From: Nemertoderma westbladi
Lineage: Eukaryota; Animalia; Xenacoelomorpha
DNA: 64,000 nucleotides
Reading direction: 5' to 3'
Assembly (NCBI GenBank): GCA_032718475.1
Contig: JAUCBJ010007533.1
Location: forward strand, 1 to 64,000
The position numbers and the translations under genes were made by a program. Below the pieces are notes generated by a model that made no database searches, was not told the DNA's origin, and saw nothing but the letters and a program-made list of their open reading frames with translations. Numbering within the stretch: the first letter of the stretch is position 1; the number at the start of each line of letters is the position of its first letter. Below, piece after piece: positions 36,901 through 48,900 of this stretch.

Positions 36901-39900
36901 GTAAAATAACTTAAGGGGCGTTCATAAAGGCACGCGTTCAGGAGTGGGGGCGGGGGGGGGGGGGGGGGGGTGGGGGGTATCTGAAGAGTTCCAATCATTC
37001 GCAAAAGATAATATAAGCAGTTGCAATTTCTCGATCATTTCGCTGGTCGATTTGAAGGGTGAACATGATAGTCTTCCAGAAACATTAACTTCCCCCAAAC
37101 TCATTCCAAAAACGAGACAAATTCACCAGATAGAATGGATCCCGTCCCAGAAGGAATACCTCGTGCTACTGTTCTCATTACCTGCAAGGTAAATTCTGTA
37201 ACAAGTACCATCTGAGGTATTTTAATCCGGACAAACTTCCTCAAAGAGCCACGAAAAACATGCTGTAGAAAATTGCTACAGTCCCGACATCTAAACCGCG
37301 AGAGGCATGCTTACATAGCATTTAAAAGGAACTAGCTTAGCAGACCCCCACCCCACCACCATGTAAACATAGAGGCGATGAAACACGCAAACTAGTCGAA
37401 CAGATTTTCTGGGGCATCAGTTAACTATTCTGATAAGTTAATGAACATATTGAATTATTGTTTATTTGTAATGATATGTCGTGTTTATAGCAGATGATGT
37501 CGTACACAACACATACAAAAAACAGACATATGTAAATTACTATCAATTATTTAGTTACAGTGCATCTGTCTCCCGAAACTTTAACTATTACATATAGGCT
37601 TACTCTGAATATTGAACTGAATATATTGACCCCAGATATAGCCTACCTTATTTACTTGTTTTAAAAATCACTAATATCGTAACCCTTGATACACAAATCT
37701 CATACCTTAAAGATTGAACCCATGTTTACCTTGTTACACCAAACGAAGAATACCTTGGTACACAAAACGTATACCTTGGTACACTACCTTGCTACACAAA
37801 ACGTAGGGTCAGGTGGGGTTAAATGAGTATATAGGGTGGAATGGGTATATAAACTAAAAACTTTAATTTCTGTAAAACTATAAACTTTCCCATAATTTGT
37901 GCTATGCTACTAAAAAGAGCTTATAATTTGTTTCCCTTGGTCATAGGTGTTGCATATTCACTACTTTCAGGAATTTTGCAATTTAAAAATTGTTGTCATT
38001 TATGACAAATATGCCTAAAATGTGACAAAAAAACACATTTTTAAAATGGCTAAGTGTACTTTTCTAATGATCAATGAAGGCAAAATGTGGTCTTGAAAGA
38101 CCAAATTTTTATTACATATATCCGTTTTTGCACAGTTCTGTGGCAGAAATGAGTTAAACATGAATTTGTGAAATCGGGTAAAATGGGTATATTTAAAAAT
38201 ATGTGGTGGGTGAAATGGGTATATTAATATTACTGGATAAAAATAACCTTCATATGGGACCTACACCTCTACCCACTGTAATTATGACTTTATTATAAGT
38301 CTTAAATATTCTTACAATGATACTGGTTTCCATGGGTGGTTGTTGGGTGTCTGTCATGAGTTTTCGGTTAGGCCCTATCATTAAATAGGCTACTGCTACT
38401 GGTACCACTGAAGACTGTAGGCTATGAGTATAATACGCGTGTATGTAATAATATGTGTTCTGCTTCTAATTATTCTGAAAGTAGGTAGGCTATGTATATA
38501 CCACTACCAGCGCCGTCGTTCTGTTAGATATGCAGTAGGCAGAGGAACCCTACCTTATTTATTTAGTTTCAGTTATGATACATACCTTACATCATGAATT
38601 AATAGGCTTATGTAGTAATACCAGTAGAATAAAGTCAATGTATCATTAATAAATACACACTATACACACTATAATAATCTGGTACCGGTAAACTGCTTAC
38701 TCTATGGTTTTGAACGTAATAACAACTGGTAACAACAATTGTGGTAACAACAACTATGCCGCCAAACAATATGAAAGAAGCATCAATTGATAATACATAA
38801 TGTAGTTTTTCTAGAACAATTCCATTATTTTTACAGTTTAAGCAATGTATGTAATTGTAAATTCTTTATACATAATCAGTGCAATAACATAAGGAGATTA
38901 TTCATTTATGAAGAGTGCCATACTTATCTTAAATAAGTAGAAGTGCAATAAATGGATAATATTTTTGGCATATCCAAATTTTGCAATGTTTTAATAATCT
39001 TTACTTAATGAAATCATCCCAGAGAACAACCAGAAGTTGTTTTCTGGGCCCAGGAGTTTTTTTAAAACTTTCCCAATATACCCATTTCAACCTATTGAAG
39101 GTTGGAATGGGGCCAATGCATTGAATTCACACAATATAAGTCATTTTACTCGATGTACCCATTCCACCCAACACATAGGGGTGGAATGGGTATACTGTCC
39201 AAGTTTTAAAAAAATTATTTCAACACACCACTTATAGAATGTGGCATGGCATGTTTAATACCTCCCTATTGAAATTTATGTTAATCAAATGATATCTTGA
39301 GCTACAAAGGGGTAAAAATAATACTTGTAATGTATTCAATAATTATGAATAAATTTTTTTTATACTCATTCCACCCCACCTGACCCTATACCTTGGTACA
39401 CTACCTTGCTACACAAAACGTATACCTTGAAAATTTAACCAATGTATACCTTGGTACACAAAATGTATACCTTGGTACACAAAATGTATACCTTGGTACA
39501 CAAAATGTATATCTTGGTACACAAATTGTATACCTTGGTACACAAAATGTATACCTTGAACCCATGTATACCTTGGATGTCTATGTCTACCTTGGATAGC
39601 ATTTAGCGTTACTTCGCCTATAAAACTTTTAGAATTGAGTATATTTATATATTTTGGCCAGATCTGGAAAGAGCTCAAAAAGACGATTCCAATGGTATAT
39701 AATATATTGGGGTTCGGCAAGAAATTAAAAAAAAAATATTTTGCAACGCTTTGAGCCACGTTTATTGACCAATGACCTGTTACATATAACCTACCGGTAT
39801 ATATATATATATTTATTGACTGATATGGTTATTCACAATTTATACAATATTAGGTAAATATAGCTAATACGTAATACCGAACTAATGAACAATCAAATAA

Positions 39901-42900
39901 TTAAATTATCACGGCAAGGAAATCAGTCCAATTTATGAGTTACCTTTACAGTAGTACAGTATCTAAACGTGGTTCATATAATTAATAATATTACATAATT
40001 AATATAAATAAATTTGATCTACTTAAATACGTATAATTAGCACAATATTAATTTTAACTTCATTCAACTAATTATCAGGGTAATACTATGTTTCTTATAA
40101 TAATAACACTTAAATACCAAAAATTAGAATTCATTAATTTTGTTGTTCTGGGTCTTCAATTGTAAATCAATTTTGTTAGTCATCTTAGGTACAGTATAAA
40201 ATGAGCACCGTAAAATCATAACATGATTTTTGTAACATCATAACATTGTAACATTATTTTATATTTAAACATTCCAGTACCGGTAGGCTATGGCTATATA
40301 TATATTGGTGGATTTAGATACAAAAATCTTAAGATTCGTATTTAGCTGATTTACCACTCGTTCTAGAATTCAGCTTATTTCTGCTAAATCATCTGGCTGG
40401 AATACGATATATATATTAATTCAGTGACCCCCCCCCCCTCCTTATTTTTTTTCCATAAATATTAATGAGATTGCATAAAATTTGAATCAGATACATCCGT
40501 ATATATTTTGTGTTTTGACCTCCCGCTCCTTACTGTACCTACTGGGTAAAATCAGTACTTTTATTTTTGCCTACAAATTTTTCGTTACAAGCTTTACAGG
40601 AACGGCTGTCCCCATGTCGCAGTTATTCTTAAACCTTATATTTATTTGTTTTGTTTTGTAAAGGTTTTGTAGTTTTGTGAAGGTAACCTTTCAGGGATTC
40701 GAATCCAAATAAATGTAAAAACATGAATTTGGATGAGAAATGGTTGAGTTATAGACATTCTAAGGTGGAATGTGTTAGCACTGCGCGATGCTATTTACTA
40801 GCCAGAGATTAAAATATGAAATATCTGTGACAATATAAAATATAATATCTAAAACATAGTTTTACCATTATATTCCTTGTTGGTAAGACTGTAAGATTGA
40901 AAGCAAATGTAATAATTCCGACTAACCCATTCAAGGCCGGTTTACTTTACAATAATTGGCAACTTTGTCAGCAACTTGTCGCGTTTAAACAGCGAACAAG
41001 TTAACTCGATCTAAATGAAGTTGATAGTTGCTGACCAGGTTGTTCGAAAAGTTGTGTAAATCAGCCTTAAAGATGGGGGGGGGGGGGGGGGGGGGGCTAA
41101 TAAATAAATATACTATATTCCTATTCCTATAAGTGTGTGATTTCTGGTGATTTCTCTATTTTAATATTGTTAATTCATCGCAGTAACGAGTGACAAACAG
41201 ACGCATCGACTTAAAGGGAACACTGTAATGACTGAATGGGAGCGGTACGAGACCTTGAGACACTGTCGGTATGTGGACGAAATAATAACCGACTGTCCGT
41301 GGAACATTACCTTGGACTTCATAGAAAAACATAGGGTGAGTTACAGTAGGGCCGTTATAATATTCTGGGCGGTGGTTTTAATATTCTTCGTTTCAGTAAA
41401 TCCCTCACCCATCCGCAACTCGTAATTCCGAAAGATTCGCCTATTTCAGATTGATTTCGTCGCCCATGACGACCTGCCGTATAACTCGGGGAGTTCTACC
41501 GATATCTACGCGCCAATCAAAGCCATGGGGAAATTCGTTGCTACCCAACGCACAGACGGAGTCTCGACTAGTGACGTCATCGCCCGTATCGTGAAGGACT
41601 ACGACCACTACCTGAGGAGGAATCTCGCCCGGGGTTACAGCAGGAAGGACCTTAATATCGGATACTTAAAGGTAGAAATAGGTTAACAGTCCGGTAAATA
41701 TTCTAGCTAATATTCATTGGTCCGGGATAAACAGGGGAGACAAAGTCAGAAGAGTTAATACGTCGCGCAACAGGAAGCCAATTAGTACCGGTTTTATGAG
41801 TTCGCGCTTCCGAATCACTCGTAATAAATAAGCGCGAACCTGTGGCTTAATAACTTGCCATTAGGGCAACGATTTAGAAAATTTCTTTGGCAAAATTCAC
41901 AAAATTTCGCAAACGTCTCGAGTATTATTAATTATCGCTTTATTTACCAATATATACTATAGGTGGACAATCTTAGAAGAAATCGCGACCTTTGTGCGAA
42001 ATTTCGCGTTTTCCGACTAAGAAATGTTTCAAAATCGTTGCCTTACTCCAACTTGGCCGGCATTCCGTAGTATAGCGAACTCTTGTTATCCAGTTTGTTG
42101 GAGAGGAGGGCATTGATCAACGGAGATGCTTCCTTTATATGATATCGGCTCGTCCGTCATAACGATCCGTCAAACGTCCCAACTAGGATTTGTGCTGATT
42201 TTACGCCGTGTTCATTGTGTCAACTACAATGCACACATCTCCAACCAGACACTATATAACATTGGAGGTGTTCCATTAGTCTCCCCTAGCTTGGTACATG
42301 AATTGAACCGCCTCCGCTTTGCAGGACATTGCTTTCGCCGTGAGGACCAGCCAGTGCATAATCTTTTGCTTTGGCGGCCTCATGGAGTGAATAAGCATGG
42401 TGGACAGCCCATGACTTTCTTGAGACGCATCTTAAAGGACAGTGGCCTTGAAGATGCGGATGATCTAGCAAATGTCATGGGTGATAGGGAGTTGTGGCGG
42501 TGCAATTTTGTCGATAAGCCGGCACAGCATTCTTAATATATGTAATTATAATGCAGCTACAATGCAGCATGCCGATAGTTAGTGTAGTAGTAGTAGTTAG
42601 TAGTGCTGATGTTTAGTGGATTCATGTAGTTGTTTGTTTTCTTGTTATTGTAATAACTAAAATAATTATTGAACATTTTAGGAGAAAAAGTTACGTATTT
42701 CCCACAATGTTGATAAAGTAAAGGAACAGATAGGCGAGAAAAAGGATAATCTGGTGTCTCTGTTGGATAAAACTGGGAAGGAATTGATTGGGAAGTGGGA
42801 GGAAAAGCGTCAGGAGTTTATAATGAAGTTTATCGAACTCTTTGGAAAAGACAGTACATTCGTAAGTATAAGTTGGTAGACAGTACATTCGTAAGTATAA

Positions 42901-45900
42901 GTTGGTAGACAGTACATTCGTAAGTATAAGTTGGTAGACAGTACATTCGTAAGTATAAGTTGGTAGACAGTACATTCGTAAGTATAAGTTGGTAGACAGT
43001 ACATTCGTAAGTATAAGTTGGTAGACAGTACATTCGTAAGTATAAATTGGTAGACAGTACATTCGTAAGTATAAGTTGGTAGACAGTACATTCGTAAGTA
43101 TAAGTTGGTAGACAGTACATTCGTAAGCATAAGTTGGTAGACAGTACATTCGTAAGTATAAGTTGGTAGACAGTACATTCGTAAGTATAAGTTGGTAGAC
43201 AGTACATTCGTAAGTATAAGTTGGTAGACAGTACATTCGTAAGTATAAGTTGGTAGACAGTACATTCGTAAGTATAAGTTGGTAGACAGTACATTCGTAA
43301 GTATAAGTTGGTAGACAGTACATTCGTAAGTATAAGTTGGTAGACAGTACATTCGTAAGTATAAGTTGGTAGACAGTACATTCGTAAGTATAAGTTGGTA
43401 GACAGTACATTCGTAAGTATAAGTTGGTAGACAGTACATTCGTAAGTATAAGTTGGTAGACAGTACATTCGTAAGTATAAGTTGGTAGACAGTACATTCG
43501 TAAGTATAAGTTGGTAGACAGTACATTCGTAAGTATAAGTTGGTAGACAGTACATTCGTAAGCATAAGTTGGTAGACAGTACATTCGTAAGTATAAGTTG
43601 GTAGACAGTACATTCGTAAGTATAAGTTGGTAGACAGTACATTCGTAAGTATAAGTTGGTAGACAGTACATTCGTAAGTATAAGTTGGTAGACAGTACAT
43701 TCGTAAGTATAAGTTGGTAGACAGTACATTCGTAAGTATAAGTTGGTAGACAGTACATTCGTAAGTATAAGTTGGTAGACAGTACATTCGTAAGTATAAG
43801 TTGGTAGACAGTACATTCGTAAGTATAAGTTGGTAGACAGTACATTCGTAAGTATAAATTGGTAGACAGTACATTCGTAAGTATAAGTTGGTAGACAGTA
43901 CATTCGTAAGATTTATAAAAGACAACATTTACTTTACAATAAGCAGTTTGGATTTCGGAGAGGATTTACTATATTAGATCAATTGACACGTGGCAGAGGA
44001 ATGGCGTCTTAAACTAAATCACAATAATTGTCTAAGTGTTGCATTTTTGACCTCAGTGAGGCATTCAACTCCCATCAATCAAAAAAAAAGCAAACAGTCG
44101 GCCGAAGCCGGAGGCGACCCAAAGGCTCCTCTTTCGATAGCTGCTATCCGAGAGGGTAGGGGTGGGCGCTACTCCTATCCCAAGATGTGCTCCCAGTTAT
44201 TTAACTGGTACTCATTTTATCGACCCCAGTGGATGAAAGGCTGAGTGGACCCTGGCGGGGCTGAACCTACAACCACTAGATTGCAGGCCCGGCGCTCAAC
44301 CAACTGAGCTACCATCCCTAACTCCCATCAATAGAAATATAATGTTACATAGGTTAGAAAATGTAGCATTTTATACCACCTCGCATGCACTCGTACAATA
44401 TTATCTTACAAGTCGGAAACAACTCGTAAAACTAGGAGACACACTATCGCCATGGTTGACAGAAACTACAGGTGTTCCTCAGGGTACAACGTTTGGGGCC
44501 ACTACTTTTTATACTTTACACTACCAAACATTATGTTACATGACACAATACGCCGACGACACGAGTTATATAAACTACCGTAATTGATCCACTGACAATA
44601 TGCAATGCACTAGAAACGCTATTACAGCAACTATTTATTGAACACCATTTAAAATTAAATCCCTCAAAAACATAATTCTTACTACTATCCCCATAACAGT
44701 AGGTACCAAAGATGGCTCTCTGCATCCTTCTGCCATTAAACTGGGCGTGGGATGCGGAGAGCCTATCTATATATCAGTCAAAATCTGTTAAATACCTGGG
44801 CGTACAAGTAGATAAACAATATGCAATGGAAAGAACAAAAATAGACAAAATACAAAGTAAATTGGCGCAAAGTATATCTTGTTTACGAAACATAAATGGG
44901 CAACCGACAAAGAAAACAAAATTACATATTTATAAAGCTCTTTCTCTACCTTTTTAAACAACTACTTCTATATCTAATTCTGTTATCTGTCTGTCTGTCG
45001 GTCTATCTGTCTGTCTGTTATCTAATTACTACTATCTCTACAAAACAAACACGGCTACAAGGAATTATTATATTGCTTAAAACTCAGAACTATGCATTGC
45101 GAACGATTTTCGGAAAACGCATCAGAGACAACACGGGAACCGAGCGAGACAAACGGCCAACCTGCCGCTACTCAGTGCGGCACTCTATCTTATACTGAAT
45201 TCAAGTCGAAAATCAAAAATTACACTACGTTACAAAATATAATAGGTATGGATCAACTTTAACTAACTGTGTAATATATTGTCCGTCAATTATTTGTGTG
45301 TGTCATTATTACAGCTTTATTTCATTGTATATATTTTATTCTACATTGTATCCTTGTACTACTGTATCCTCATAAATTATAAGTATTATTCATAAGTATT
45401 ATTATTATAAATAATTATTACAGTAGGCTAAAGTACATTAATTGGGTTGGCCTAGCTACTCTCTCCTTTGACGCCTATTCGTTCACTAACTATCAGTCCA
45501 GTAATTGGGTTGGCCTAGCTACTCTCTCCTTTGACGCCTATTCGTTCACTAACTATCAGTCCAGTAATTGGGTTGTCCTAGCTACTCTCTCCTTTGACGC
45601 CTATTCGTTCACTAACCATCAGTCCAGTAATTGGGTTGGCCTAGCTACTCTCTCCTTTGACGCCTATTCGTTCACTAACTATCAGTCCAGTAATTGGGTT
45701 GGCCTAGCTACTCTCTCCTTTGACGCCTATTCGTTCACTAACTATCAGTCCAGTAATTGGGTTGGCCTAGCTACTCTCTCCTTGACGCCTATTCGTTCAC
45801 TAACTATCAGTCCAGTAATTGGGTTGGCCTAGCTACTCTCTCCTTTGACGCCTATTCGTTCACTAACTATCAGTCCATGTGACGGGATCCAGGAGGGATC

Positions 45901-48900
45901 CCGATTTATCCGGTGTGGAATTTAGTCCACGCGTCCCCGCCGTGTATAAGAGTGAAATAAAGATAACTGAGTTCTGAAGTTCGGTGTATAATAAGAGGTT
46001 ATAAGATATAGATATATTGTGAATGTGTACAAGGCGGGATACGGTAACTAAAGTCCCGTGATCCCCTAACTAAACTAATTGGCTGTACCCTACGCTAGCA
46101 CTGCTGCACTGAGATAACTGAATCACTGATTAATAGGTTATTGGTTATATTGCACGGTGGCCTTACTGCTACTCAATCGATGCCATTCCCCCCTCTGATT
46201 GGTTAATACCCTTGTTGGCGCCCCGTGGAGTATTCCCGTTCACTCCACCTGTTCTCTCTGGGTTAGGGGTTTGGCCCCTGACCCTCTATTGTGTGCTTCC
46301 TTCCCACTTTCATTGGGATGGCGCGAGTTGGTTAATTGCCCAATCTCGTGGCTCCCAATATTGCTTATCGGCTAATAACTTTATGGGGTGTTGGCGGGAT
46401 TGAATAAGCTAACACTCCCCCCCATGCTATCTTCCCGGTAAGAAGATAGCATCAACCAAAAAAGTGCGCTACAATCCCGCTGGATCCCGATCTAGCATCG
46501 GGTGTGGGGTGGAATTCTTTTCTCTCGGGGTCGGCTTTCCAGGCCGCCCCCTATGGGTATGATAACGCTACCCTGTGTGCCTGGCGTCTCATGTCGGGCC
46601 GATCGCGCTCACCTCTTCACGCGATTTTTGTTTCCCCAACACTTTCGCCCTATCTAACCTCTACTCTCACCCTAACTCTCTCATACCCCCGGACCTCCTC
46701 GTCCCTTACTCAGCCTCTCATTCTCCCCCCCCCACACTAGAATTGCGCTCGCACTCTCTCCGCACTTCACACTCTTATTCCGATTCTCAAGTCCACTTTG
46801 ACTGCTCCATCTCTCCTGACGAACCTCCCCCCCCCCCTCTCGTGCCGCCGCACTCAAGAAGTGTGAAATTGTCAGTTGTCTCGTCCGTAGTGCCATAGTC
46901 AATTGTCCCCCAGTCCCAGTAGCTAATTGAGAAAGGTTGCATGACTATAGTACTTACTCCAAACGTATGTATTTTACTGCTAATCACTACGTACGTACAT
47001 ACAAATTGCACTTATATAGTTATTTGCATTAATTAAATTTATACTTAATAGTTCGTACGTTACATGCGGCGCCTTCCAGGCGCACCACGTCCCAGTCTCA
47101 GTCTCATTCCCTCGCCTCCGGGAACTTATCTGTACCTCCTCACGTCCTCCTCCCTGGCCCGTTTCTTGGTTATCACCGCTCCTCTGGCATCATCCGCTTT
47201 CTGCTTCCGGACCTTTGCCGCCACTTCCTTGCTGATCCCGGTCGTCGGCTCCTTGGGCGCTGGTGTTATTAAAGCCCGATACCGCTTCGCCGGTGGCCCC
47301 TCAGAATGGCCTGGTTGTTTCCCTCGTGTGGCGTCCCATAGGATCATCTTCATTGCCTTTGGTACGTGTTCCGCCAAGAAATCCCTAAACTCCCTCCGGT
47401 TCTCTGGTGTCCACCTGTCCAGGTACCGTTGCGTGTTCATAACTCCGGCGAACGATGCCGCCGTAGCTACCTCTTGATAGGTAAACGGTAACCTTCGCTT
47501 TATGATTTCCATGTGGGTCTCCTGGTTTATGAGGAAGAAACCCCACTTGAACTCTTGGGCCTTCATGCGCTGGCGCGTCATGGCCCCGACGTCGGCCCAC
47601 TCCTCGAACCTCGTGAACTTCTCCTCGTCGCTCATCCAGTCGCACTCGCGTCCGTAGTGCCCCCGAAAGTGGCACTTTGGACATCGGTTATGCAACCGTG
47701 GACACGCCCCCATCCTGTGACTTGGTTCTCTACAATAGAGACAAAAGGTTCCCCGTTGGAACCGGTATAGGCAGCTGCTTTCCTGATGGGTCTGTCTCCC
47801 ACAGTAGTCGCAGCCGAGTACCAATGTCTCGCGTCCCACCTCGTCCTTCGTCCCAAGCGATCTCCGCGGTCTATGGAGTCGCTGGTAGGCAAACTTCTCC
47901 ACGTTGCTCTCCCTGTTTACGTCGATCTCTCCGCCCCTCTCGGGCATCGTCTCCCCGAATACTATCCGTGGTGCCGTCCCCGGTTGCTCGCCCAACCTGA
48001 TGGTGCTCCCCGTGAAATCCATCGCCGGCCCCTCGTGCACCCAGGTCCGCTTGCCGGATCTGTTCCAGAAGGCCCTCGCCCCACTGGCCGTCACCACCCT
48101 TCCGCCAACCCAGTCCGTGTCCGAGTGGCCTATCCTTTCGATGGGCGGTATCTCTCCGAACTCGTCGTCGTTGTCCTCCTCTTCTGGTAGTGTCTCCAAT
48201 CCCGGTATCCCGGTGGATCCACTATGTCCCTTCCCGCCTTGGCTCTCGCCCGTAGCTCTCCATCCCTCTAGCTCCCTTAACTTCCTTGGCGGTTGGTCGC
48301 CCTCGGCGCCCGCTGGTATGGGCATCGCGTGCAACCCCGACGTCGACTTGTTTCGGCGATCCCACCGTCCATCCCAATTCTCGCCCTAGAGACTCCCCCG
48401 AACTCCCCGACGAAGTCCAATGAAGTTCGTCTAGGCCCGCCTGTTCCTCGAAGCCGTAACTCTGTGCCCTGGCCTCCTCTTCCCTCTCCTCTGCTTCTAT
48501 CCTCTCCCGTCTAGCGACTTCTTCCAGTCGCTTTGCTTCCCGTCTATCCATCTCTAGCTGCTCCCATCTCTGATACGGTGTATCCGTCTCCCCATCTACC
48601 AGATGTCGGCTGTTGTAGTACACCGACTCGCCCTTCAGCCCCGGGTGGTCTACCAGACCGTCAAAGGCCGTCTTAAAGGCTTTCCTGTAGCTTAGGGGTG
48701 ATCCCGATAACAGAAATGCCCCTGGTTCTCTTTCGATAACTACGGTCATGAATAAGTTAAGTAAACTTATCATCATCCAGTCCTCCTGCAGGATATATCG
48801 CTTCTGATATACCTTTATCGCTCCTCTGCGAAACTGATATACCTCCTGCTTTCCCGGTCTCGCTCCCCACTTCAGCGAGTTCGCTAGTTCTGCTCCGTAT

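Noticed and set aside
42691-43928. Three 350-380 aa minus-strand ORFs; 29-bp unit of CRISPR-repeat length
   Set aside because: Artefacts of a spacerless tandem repeat lacking stops on that strand
44245-44319. tRNA gene on the minus strand
   Set aside because: Degenerate B box, no proper acceptor stem, followed by SINE core and flanked by a 13-bp TSD
48380-48395. Programmed +1 frameshift linking the accessory ORFs
   Set aside because: Not a recognised Ty1/Ty3 heptamer in frame; similar single-base homopolymer shifts in gag make an indel more likely (not excluded)
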